A stretch of DNA of 64,000 nucleotides from Actinomycetota bacterium (GTDB taxonomy: Bacteria > Actinomycetota > Thermoleophilia > Solirubrobacterales > 70-9): contig JBKPHA010000029.1 of NCBI GenBank assembly GCA_046729615.1, positions 12,742 through 76,741 on the forward strand, written 5' to 3'. The stretch's first letter is position 1, and the number at the start of each line of letters is the position of its first letter. Below, one piece after another: positions 27,928 through 35,538 of this stretch. The translations under genes and the position numbers were made by a program. A model generated the notes under the pieces. The model ran no database searches, had not been told where the DNA came from, and saw only the letters and a list, made by a program, of their open reading frames with translations.

Positions 27928-28007
27928 GCAGGAGCTTGCAACGCCGCGGCGAAATCTTGGCCGTCGGTCCCGGTTTCCGCTGCGCCGCGTAAGCTGTCGG
28001 CACTCTC

Positions 28008-28475
28008 ATGGACGTTCTGGTCCTAATCGACAAGCTCGACGACCTGATCCACAACGCACGGCCGGTGCCGTTGACGGATCAGGTGCGTGTCGATCGCGAG
28101 GAGATCTACGACCTGCTCGACCAGATGCGAGCGACGATTCCGGAGGAGATCAAGCAGGCGCGGTGGATCGTCAAGGAGCGGCAGGAGATGCTCGCGGAGG
28201 CCAAGCGCGAAGCGGAGCGCATCGTCAAGGAGGCTCGCGACCAGCAGGCGCGCCTGATCTCAGACGAGGAGGTGTACAAGCAGGCCGAGCGCGCCGCCGA
28301 GGAGATCATCGAGGACGCGCGCGAGACGGAGCGACAGATCCGGCTCGGGGCGGAGGACTACGCGGACGAGATCCTCTCCACGCTCGAGGTCAACCTCGAG
28401 AAGTTCCTCGCCGCCGTGCGCCGCGGGCGCGACCGCCTCGCGGGCCGTGAGGAAGAGCCCGCCGAGGTCGGCTAG
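28008..28475 (+). CDS. coiled-coil protein (ATP-synthase-subunit-b-like composition), function unknown
   Basis: 155 aa, highly charged and heptad-like (EEIKQARWIVKERQEMLAEAKREAERIVKEARDQQARL). Confidence 0.5.
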   Translation: MDVLVLIDKLDDLIHNARPVPLTDQVRVDREEIYDLLDQMRATIPEEIKQARWIVKERQEMLAEAKREAERIVKEARDQQARLISDEEVYKQAERAAEEIIEDARETERQIRLGAEDYADEILSTLEVNLEKFLAAVRRGRDRLAGREEEPAEVG

Positions 28476-28574
28476 CTCCCTCGCCTCGCCCGGCGCATAT
28501 TGCGAGCCTACCCGCAGCCGGTCCGCCGATCTGGCTCATGTGACGGGAGCGGCGGGCCGGATAGCGTCCGCCCG

Positions 28575-29444
28575 GTGGAGGAGCGGCGCGCCATCGTGAC
28601 GGCGCCCGCGGGCCGCCGCCTGGATGTGCGGACCGCCGGAAGGCCCGGTGGTCGTCGCCAACTCCGGAACGCCCGACGACGGCAGCCTGCATCGCGAGAC
28701 GTTGGAGGCCGGAGCGAAGCGGGGCGTGCGCCACGTCAGCTACGCGCGCCCCGGTTACGGGCGGTCGGACCGCCACGAGGGGAGAGCGGTGGCGGACTGC
28801 GCGGCTGATGTCCGTGCCATCGCGGACGCGCTCGAGGTCGAGCGATTCTTTGTCGTGGGCTGGTCCGGCCGCGGCCCGCACGCGCTGGCCTGTGCCGCGG
28901 TCCTTCCCGATCGGGTGATGTCCGCGGCGACGGTCGCCGACGCAGCGCCTCAGGAGGGTGAGGGCCTCGACTGGGGTGCCGGGATGGGGGAGGAGAACGT
29001 CGAGGAGATGGGTCTCGCTGAGCGCGGCGCGGATGAGCTCTTGCCCTACCTGGAAAGCCAGGCGGGGGAGATCCGCTCCAGCACCGCGGAGGACCTCCGA
29101 ATCCTCGGCGATCTCGTGTCTGAGCCGGACCGCGCGGCGCTGACCGGGGAATACGCGGAGGAGTCGTACACGCGCCTGGTGAACTCCGTTAGCGGGGGCG
29201 TCGGATGGCTCGATGACGACCTGGCGTTCTTGCATCCGTGGGGGTTCGATCTTGACTCGATCCGCGTCCCTGTCTCGGTCTGGCACGGGCGCCAGGATCG
29301 CTTCGTCCCGGTCTCCCACGGCGAATGGCTTGCCCAGCACGTCCCCGGCGCCGTCCGCATCTACTCGAGAACGAGGGACACATCTCGCTCTCACGGCACG
29401 GCTACGGTGACGTGCTGGACGAGCTGCTCGCCGCTCCGGGCTGA
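28575..29444 (+). pseudogene. alpha/beta hydrolase with two frameshifts
   Basis: The N-terminal strands (AIVTAPAGRRLDVRTAG) read in frame 0. The core (PVVVANSGTP...VVGWSGRGPHA...) reads in frame 1 from about 28630. The catalytic-His end (HLLENEGHISL...LDELLAAPG*) returns to frame 0 from about 29358, with TGA at 29442-29444. Confidence 0.6.
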
Positions 29445-29455
29445 AGCGGCCCTTG

Positions 29456-30265
29456 CTAATCGAGCGTTGTCTCGTGCTCGCCGGCCCTGCCGGCATCGGT
29501 CTTCTCGTAGAAGCGCTCCAGGAGCTCCCTGGTCTCCTCCGGATCGGCGCAGGTGTAGGCGTTCCAGGCCTCGTGCCGGAGCTGGAAGTCGAGCGGATGG
29601 CCGATAACGTCCAGGATCGTCGTCTTGGCCGACCGGACGGCTGTCTGGGAATTCCGGAGGATCTGCTTCGCCACCAGCTCGGCCTCCGCCATCAGGTCGT
29701 CGTGGGGCACGACCTTGCTCACCATGTTGCACTGCAGGGCGCGCTGGGCGTCGATCGGCTCGGCCGTCAGGAGCATCTGCATGGCGACACCGACCCCGCA
29801 GATGTTGACCAGTCGCACGATGCCGCCGTCGCCGTGGTGAAACCCGCGCCGTGCCTCGAAGGACCCGAACATCGCGCGCTCCGAGGCAATCCTGATGTCG
29901 CAGGCGAGGGCGGTTTCGAGGCCCCCCGCGAGGGCCCACCCGTTGACGGCGGCGATGATCGGCTTCGGTATGCGGTGCATGCCACGGGTGAATCCGTTCA
30001 GGCCCAGATCCGCGGTAGCGCGCAGAACGCGCGGCGTCGGATTGACGAAATAGGGCGGGATGTACGTCTTGAGGTCGGCGCCCGCGGAGAACGCCTCGCC
30101 CGCACCCGTGAGGATGGCCACGTCGACCGAGTCGTCGTCGCGAAAGTCGGCCCACGTCTCGATCATCAGGCTGTGGACGTCGGGGTCGATCGCGTTCCGC
30201 GCCTCCGGACGATTGATCGTCACGTAGGCGATCCGGTCCCGCTTCTCATAGAGCACCTTTGGCAT
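29456..30265 (-). CDS. enoyl-CoA hydratase/isomerase (crotonase) family protein
   Basis: IAYVTINRPEARNAI, TGAGEAFSAGADL and AAVNGWALAGG motifs. Confidence 0.85.
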   Translation of the reverse strand: MPKVLYEKRDRIAYVTINRPEARNAIDPDVHSLMIETWADFRDDDSVDVAILTGAGEAFSAGADLKTYIPPYFVNPTPRVLRATADLGLNGFTRGMHRIPKPIIAAVNGWALAGGLETALACDIRIASERAMFGSFEARRGFHHGDGGIVRLVNICGVGVAMQMLLTAEPIDAQRALQCNMVSKVVPHDDLMAEAELVAKQILRNSQTAVRSAKTTILDVIGHPLDFQLRHEAWNAYTCADPEETRELLERFYEKTDAGRAGEHETTLD

Positions 30266-30423
30266 GGCTCTCCTCCTCGTCTTGGGGCGAGGATCGTATG
30301 GCCGAGGAGTACGCTCTGGCTCAACAGGCGAGTGCTGCCGACGCGCAACCTCGAAGGGCCCGCCCCCGCGCGGGCTCTTTCTCGCTGGCGGCCCGACGAT
30401 CCATCCACGAGAGGAGCTGGCAG

Positions 30424-30951
30424 ATGCAGATCCGAACCCGCATGTGCATGAGTGCGGACGGCTACGTGACGACGCCGGACGGATGGCCGGTCCAGCTGGC
30501 GGATCCCGCTTTCGTGCCGGGCCAGAGCTACGGGTTTCCGGAATTCCAGAAGAGCTGCGACGCCGTGTTGATGGGCCGCGTCACCTTCGAGCCGGCCGTC
30601 GACGCAGACCGGTGGCCGTGGCCGGATCTCGACGTATTCGTGCTCTGCTCGCACCGTCCAGCGCGCACTCCCGACCACGTGGTCACCGACGGCGATCCGG
30701 TCCGGCTGCTGGAGCAGGTTCGGGCAGCCAACCGCGGCGGCGACATCCACCTCGTGGGCGGCCCCGGTACGATCGAGACGTTTCGCGCGCTTGGAGCGCT
30801 CGACAAGCTCGGCCTGATCGTCCTCCCGCTGATGATGGGTGAGGGGATGCGGCTGACCCCGTCGGTCAGCCGCGAGATCGGGCTGACGCTTGAGAGTGAG
30901 CGTGCCCTTACGGGTGGCTCGGTCGAGATCGTCTACGCGTGCACCGGCTGA
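30424..30951 (+). CDS. dihydrofolate-reductase-like (RibD C-terminal domain) family protein
   Basis: MSADGYVTTPDG, VLMGRVTFE, IHLVGGPGTIETF and LIVLPLMMGEG motifs. Start chosen at ATG 30424. Confidence 0.7.
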   Translation: MQIRTRMCMSADGYVTTPDGWPVQLADPAFVPGQSYGFPEFQKSCDAVLMGRVTFEPAVDADRWPWPDLDVFVLCSHRPARTPDHVVTDGDPVRLLEQVRAANRGGDIHLVGGPGTIETFRALGALDKLGLIVLPLMMGEGMRLTPSVSREIGLTLESERALTGGSVEIVYACTG

Positions 30952-30953
30952 CC

Positions 30954-31736
30954 TCAGCCGGATTCGCTCAGCGCCTGGAACTCGTTCTCGGACAGCTCGA
31001 TCTCGAGCGCGGCGACATTCTCTCGGAGATGCTCTAGAGAGACCGTCCCGGGGATCGGCGCGACGACCGGGGATCTGTGAAGCAGCCACGCGAGCTGGAT
31101 CTGGCTGGGCGTGGCATCGTGCCGTGCAGCGATCTCCCCGACCGCGGAGGATGAGCCGCCGCGGAGCGGATAGAACGGCACGAAGCCGATGTCCTCCGCC
31201 TCGCAGTAGTCGATGACGTCGTCGTAGCCGCGGTCCGAGAGGTTGTACGAGTTCTGTACAGCCGCGATCGGCACTACCGCCTGCGCTCGTTGGATCTGCT
31301 CGACGCCGACCTGGGAGAGGCCGACGTGAGTGATCCGTCCACCGTCCCGGTACTCCTTGAGAAGCGCCACCTTCTCCTCGAGTGGGACGTCGGGATGATC
31401 GCGGTGGAGGTAGTAGAGCGTGATCGTCTCGGTCCGGAGCCGCTCGAAGCTCGTCTCGATCTCGCTCCGCAGATCCTCGATGTTGGTGCCCGCGTTGTAG
31501 CCGGCCTTGCTCGCGACCACGAGGTCCTCGGCGAACGGGGCAAGCGCCTCGCCGATCGCGTTTTCGCTCTCACCGCGCGTGTAGAGGTGTGCCGTGTCGA
31601 TGAAGTTCACCTCGGCATCGACGGCGGCCTCGAGAAAGGAGCGGTTCTCGCTCGTATTGGCCAGGCGGTTGGTGCCGAGCCCGATTCGCGTGAGCTGGTG
31701 ATCGCCGAGTGCGACGGTTCTCGACGCTCCGGTCAC
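30954..31736 (-). CDS. aldo/keto reductase
   Basis: IGLGTNRL, FIDTAHLY, LYYLHRDHPDVP and GLSQV motifs. Confidence 0.85.
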   Translation of the reverse strand: MTGASRTVALGDHQLTRIGLGTNRLANTSENRSFLEAAVDAEVNFIDTAHLYTRGESENAIGEALAPFAEDLVVASKAGYNAGTNIEDLRSEIETSFERLRTETITLYYLHRDHPDVPLEEKVALLKEYRDGGRITHVGLSQVGVEQIQRAQAVVPIAAVQNSYNLSDRGYDDVIDYCEAEDIGFVPFYPLRGGSSSAVGEIAARHDATPSQIQLAWLLHRSPVVAPIPGTVSLEHLRENVAALEIELSENEFQALSESG

Positions 31737-31770
31737 CGTTCATTCTTAACACGCCGCCGATGGCGGTCGA

Positions 31771-31808
31771 CTGAGTGATTCGCCACGTATTTCGTGCAAA
31801 TCACTCAG
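31771..31808. terminator. hairpin of the GAGTGAT...ATCACTC family downstream of the methyltransferase gene
   Basis: CTGAGTGATT (31771-31780) pairs with AATCACTCAG (31799-31808). Inner stem CACG/CGTG, loop TATTT. Confidence 0.45.
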
Positions 31809-31840
31809 CCGATGCGCTGTCCACCGCGGCGCAAGCCGGG

Positions 31841-32383
31841 CTACTCGTAGACGGCCCGGATCACCGCGAAGTCCCCCTTCTCCCACACAATCTCCCCGCC
31901 GCACCATTCGGCTTGATCGGAGGCGCGCGATGGCATGTCCACGCCTGGCTCGAGCTCGACCGTCTGCGGCTCGACCAAAACGACGTCACCGAGCACAAGG
32001 GATCGGGATTGCTCGCGAACTCGCCGAAACAGATGCTTCTTCGCCGGACCATCCAGATGGTGAACGGCCAAGACGGAGATGACCAGATCCCACGGTCCGT
32101 CTGGTAGCGGGTCCTGCATCCGCGCGAGCCGGACCTCGATGGCGTGCTCGCGTGCCTTGAAGACCATGTCAGGCTGGGAGTCGAGGCCGGTGACGTCGGC
32201 GCCCGGGTAGCGCTCGAGCAGGCGCCGGGTCGTCTCGCCGGTTCCGACGCCGAGCTCCAGGACCCGGGTGGGCGCGAACGGGATCGCGTCGATCGTCGCC
32301 TCCTGAAGCTCGTCGTAAAGCGGAACCTCGGCCCGGATCTCGTCCAGGTAGGTCTCCGGATCCATGTGGAATTGCGCGCTCAC
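31841..32383 (-). CDS. class I SAM-dependent methyltransferase
   Basis: VLELGVGTGETTRRLLERYPGADVTGLDSQPDMV (motif I and post-I). Confidence 0.7.
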   Translation of the reverse strand: MSAQFHMDPETYLDEIRAEVPLYDELQEATIDAIPFAPTRVLELGVGTGETTRRLLERYPGADVTGLDSQPDMVFKAREHAIEVRLARMQDPLPDGPWDLVISVLAVHHLDGPAKKHLFRRVREQSRSLVLGDVVLVEPQTVELEPGVDMPSRASDQAEWCGGEIVWEKGDFAVIRAVYE

Positions 32384-32426
32384 AGCCGTCCTCGCAGGCG
32401 AGATCTACCGCTACCCTCGAGTCGGG

Positions 32427-32951
32427 ATGGCAGCGGGATATCACAGCGTCGATCTTTCGCGGCTCGCGCTCCGGCCCGGCTCGGGCCGGCGCCTCGACCT
32501 GGGCGTGGATCCGGGCGAGCTCGACCTCGGCGGGCAGCGCTATTCCGTGCGCGGCCCGACTGTCGATGCGCGGCTCGACCTGTCGCGCACCGCGGCCGGG
32601 TACGCGATCCGAATGCGGTTCGTCGCGCACGTCGACGGGCCCTGCATGCGCTGTCTTGCGGACGCCGACGTGCCGGTCGAGATCGACGTCCGGGAGGTCG
32701 ACCAGCCTCGCACGGCCGACGAGGAGCTCATGAGTCCCTACATCAACGAGGACGAGCTCGAGCTGGCGCGCTGGGCCCACGACGCGCTCGCCCTCGCGTT
32801 GCCGTTCCAGCTGCTTTGCCGCCCGGATTGCAGGGGGCTATGCCCGGTCTGCGGCATCTCGCTGAACGACGTCGATCCCGCCGAGCACCGCCACGAGGCC
32901 GAGCCCGATCCGCGCTGGGCGGAGCTGCGCGAGCTGAAGCTCGATCAGTGA
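32427..32951 (+). CDS. yceD: YceD/DUF177 family protein (23S rRNA accumulation protein)
   Basis: CMRCLADADVPVEIDV and LCRPDCRGLCPVCGISLN motifs. Canonical position upstream of rpmF. Start chosen at ATG 32427. Confidence 0.8.
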   Translation: MAAGYHSVDLSRLALRPGSGRRLDLGVDPGELDLGGQRYSVRGPTVDARLDLSRTAAGYAIRMRFVAHVDGPCMRCLADADVPVEIDVREVDQPRTADEELMSPYINEDELELARWAHDALALALPFQLLCRPDCRGLCPVCGISLNDVDPAEHRHEAEPDPRWAELRELKLDQ

Positions 32952-32968
32952 TCCCCCGACCCTCCGGC

Positions 32969-33163
32969 CTAGCGGTGCGTCGCACGACGGTGTGCCGGAA
33001 ACGTCGAGGTCCAGGCGTCACCAGGCAAGGACGCAGGGAGATTGGCGTGCATGACTGCACGCGAGCGACCAGGCATGGATGCCGTCGGCGCCGTAGGCGC
33101 CGCGCAGCATTGCGACGTCTGGGGCCGCCGTTTCGGGTGCAACGTCGTGTGACGTACCGCTAG
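32969..33163 (-). repeat. structured intercistronic repeat, copy C (opposite orientation to flanking genes)
   Basis: The reverse complement is collinear with copy B over its full length. 21-nt TIRs at 33143-33163 / 32969-32989 with 2 mismatches. Hairpins at 33087-33101 and 33045-33062. Both ends lie in CTAG. Confidence 0.85.
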
Positions 33164-33175
33164 CCTTACGCCCTT

Positions 33176-33397
33176 ATGGCCGTCCCCAAGAAGAGAACCT
33201 CGCGCGCGCGCCGCGACAAGCGGCGGGCCACGCACAAGGTCAGCGCGCCCCGCGTCAACGAGTGCCCGCGCTGCCACAGCCCGCGACTGCCGCACCGCGT
33301 GTGCCCGACCTGCGGCACCTACTCGGGCCGCGAAGTGATCGAGCACGAGATCCGCGAGGCGGCACCCCGGGAGACGGCTGCCGGCCCGGAGGAGTAG
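33176..33397 (+). CDS. rpmF: 50S ribosomal protein L32 (with C-terminal extension)
   Basis: MAVPKKRTSRARRDKRRA...CPRCHSPRLPHRVCPTCG. Confidence 0.9.
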   Translation: MAVPKKRTSRARRDKRRATHKVSAPRVNECPRCHSPRLPHRVCPTCGTYSGREVIEHEIREAAPRETAAGPEE

Positions 33398-33400
33398 CAC

Positions 33401-34459
33401 TTGCCGGTCACCGTGGCCCTCGACGGGCGTGGCGCTGACCGGGGGGCGGAGGCAATAGTCGCGGGGGCTCGCACGGCTGCCGCGGATGGAATCCGGCTGC
33501 GCGTGTTCGGCGATCCCGATCTCCTGGCCGAGATCCGAGCGCTCGACCGCGCCGAGCTGATCCCGGCGGCCGAAGAGATCACGAACGACGACGAGCCCGT
33601 CGCCGCCGTACGTTCGCGGCCGGAGGCGTCAGTGGTCCGGGCGGCGGCGGATGTGGCTGCCGGCCGCTCCGCCGCCCTGGTCAGCGCAGGCTCTACCGGC
33701 GCCACCATGACCGCCGCGCTGTTCGCCCTTCGCCGGATGCAGGGGGTTCGGCGGCCTGCACTCGCGCTTCAGCTGCCCGTGCCGGGACGCGGCAGCCGCC
33801 CGCTCCTGCTCCTGGACGTAGGCGCGAACACCGAGGCGCGGGCGGTGGATCTCGTGCAGTTCGCGTATCTCGGGTTCTCCTTCAGCGCCGCGGTCCTTGG
33901 CACAGAGAGCCCGCGGGTGGCGCTGCTTTCGGTCGGTGAGGAGCAGAAGAAGGGCTCCGCTGAGGTCGTGGAGGCAAACGAGCGACTCAGCCAAGCCGAG
34001 GGGATCGAGTTCCTCGGCAACATCGAGGGGCGCGACCTGATGGGGTGCGACGCGGACGTGGTCGTCACCGACGGATTCACCGGCAACATCGTCCTGAAGA
34101 CGACCGAGGGAACGGCCAAGGCGGTGGCCGACGCCGTTCGCACGGCGGCGCGGTCCGGACGGCGGGCGTCGCTCGGCGGATTTCTGCTGCGCCCGGCGCT
34201 CGGCTCGCTGCGCCGCCAGCTCGAGCCGGACACGACCGGCGGCGCGATCCTGCTGGGCCTACGAGGCGTCGCCGTGGTCGCGCACGGAAGCTCGGGACCC
34301 GATGGCATCGCGAACGCCGTGCGACTGGCGGCGCGCTCGGTGGAGGAGCGGGCGGTCGAGCGTACGGCCGAGCTCCTGGAGCGCTCGGGCATGACCCGCG
34401 GCGGCATGCGGGAGTCGGCACTAAGTCCCGGGAGCCGGCGTGATAGGAAGCCCGTATGA
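33401..34459 (+). CDS. plsX: phosphate acyltransferase PlsX
   Basis: VSAGSTGA, FTGNIVLKT and GHG-type C-terminal motifs. TTG start. Position rpmF-plsX-acpP. Confidence 0.9.
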   Translation: MPVTVALDGRGADRGAEAIVAGARTAAADGIRLRVFGDPDLLAEIRALDRAELIPAAEEITNDDEPVAAVRSRPEASVVRAAADVAAGRSAALVSAGSTGATMTAALFALRRMQGVRRPALALQLPVPGRGSRPLLLLDVGANTEARAVDLVQFAYLGFSFSAAVLGTESPRVALLSVGEEQKKGSAEVVEANERLSQAEGIEFLGNIEGRDLMGCDADVVVTDGFTGNIVLKTTEGTAKAVADAVRTAARSGRRASLGGFLLRPALGSLRRQLEPDTTGGAILLGLRGVAVVAHGSSGPDGIANAVRLAARSVEERAVERTAELLERSGMTRGGMRESALSPGSRRDRKPV

Positions 34460-34722
34460 CGACCGACGAGTTGAGGCGCGCCGACCTCCTCGAGAAGGTC
34501 CGCGAGCACCTCGCGGCGGAGCTCGAGGTGCCGCTGGACCGGATCGGCGAGGACACCCGGCTGCGTGAGGATCTCGACGCCGATTCGCTCGACCTCTACG
34601 AGCTCGTGATGGAGCTCGAGGACACGTATGGCATCGGCGTGTCCGAGGAGGAGGCGGCGGATATCGAGACCGTGCGCGACGCCGTGGACTTCGTCGCCGG
34701 CCGGCTCGGCGTCGCGGCGTAG
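34456..34722 (+). CDS. acpP: acyl carrier protein
   Basis: LREDLDADSLDLYELVMELED (phosphopantetheine-Ser motif DSLD). Confidence 0.85.
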   Translation: MTTDELRRADLLEKVREHLAAELEVPLDRIGEDTRLREDLDADSLDLYELVMELEDTYGIGVSEEEAADIETVRDAVDFVAGRLGVAA

Positions 34723-34729
34723 CGGCGGC

Positions 34730-35461
34730 GTGGCACGCGGCATTCGCAGGCTCGGCCGCCCGCGCCGGCGGGCGGAGCGCGGCGCGCCCGCCGCCGAGCT
34801 CGGGCGGCTGATCTCCGAGTTGCCGGATGAGCTGCGGCGCCAGGCCGTGACGCATTCGTCCTGGGCCGGCCATCGCGCCGACTCCTACGGGCGACTTGCC
34901 TTCCTGGGTGACGGCGTGCTCGGCCTTGCCGTGGCCGAGCACGTCTTCCGACGGTTTCCGCGCGCCGACATCGGGCGGCTGACGAAGATTCACGGTCAGG
35001 CGGTGAGCGGGCGCGCCTGTGCAGAGGTCGCACGGGAGCTCGGTCTGCCGGCGATGCTGAGGGATGCGGCTCCGGGGTCGGCGAACGGCGGCATCGAGGT
35101 CGAGTCACTGCTCGCCAGCGAGCGGGCGATGGCGTCGGTCTGCGAGGCGGTGATCGGCGCCTGCTACTTGCACCACGGCTTCCGTCCCACCTGCGAAGCC
35201 ACGGTCGCGGCTTTCGCCGGGCAGATCGAGCTGGCCCTGGAGACTATGCTCGACTTCAAGTCGGCGCTGCAGGAGCAGCTTGCGCGCGAGGGCGCCCGCG
35301 TAACCTACGAGGTCACCCGCGAGGGCGGCCCGCCGCACGCCAGGCGCTTCGAGGTCGCTGCCCGGCTGGATGCCGAGGTGATCGGCCGCGGAGAGGGCCG
35401 CAGCAAGAAGACCGCCGAGCAGGCCGCGGCCGCCGAGGCGCTCGCGCGCCTGAAGCGGTAG
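34730..35461 (+). CDS. rnc: ribonuclease III
   Basis: AFLGDGVLGLAVAEHVF signature plus a C-terminal dsRBD (GPPHARRFEV...GEGRSKKTAEQAAA). Start chosen at GTG 34730, after the acpP stop. Confidence 0.85.
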   Translation: MARGIRRLGRPRRRAERGAPAAELGRLISELPDELRRQAVTHSSWAGHRADSYGRLAFLGDGVLGLAVAEHVFRRFPRADIGRLTKIHGQAVSGRACAEVARELGLPAMLRDAAPGSANGGIEVESLLASERAMASVCEAVIGACYLHHGFRPTCEATVAAFAGQIELALETMLDFKSALQEQLAREGARVTYEVTREGGPPHARRFEVAARLDAEVIGRGEGRSKKTAEQAAAAEALARLKR

Positions 35462-35538
35462 GAAGCCACGGCATCGCGGCGAAACTCAACCTGGGCAGCG
35501 GAAATCACGTCCGACAAGACCGAGAGCCTTCCGAACGC

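Noticed and set aside
30356-30383. GC hairpin GCCCGC-N6-GCGGGC followed by TCTTTCTC on the + strand, upstream of the DHFR-like gene.
   Set aside because: It is terminator-like, but no + strand gene ends upstream of it. It may be an attenuator or a chance structure. Support is weak.
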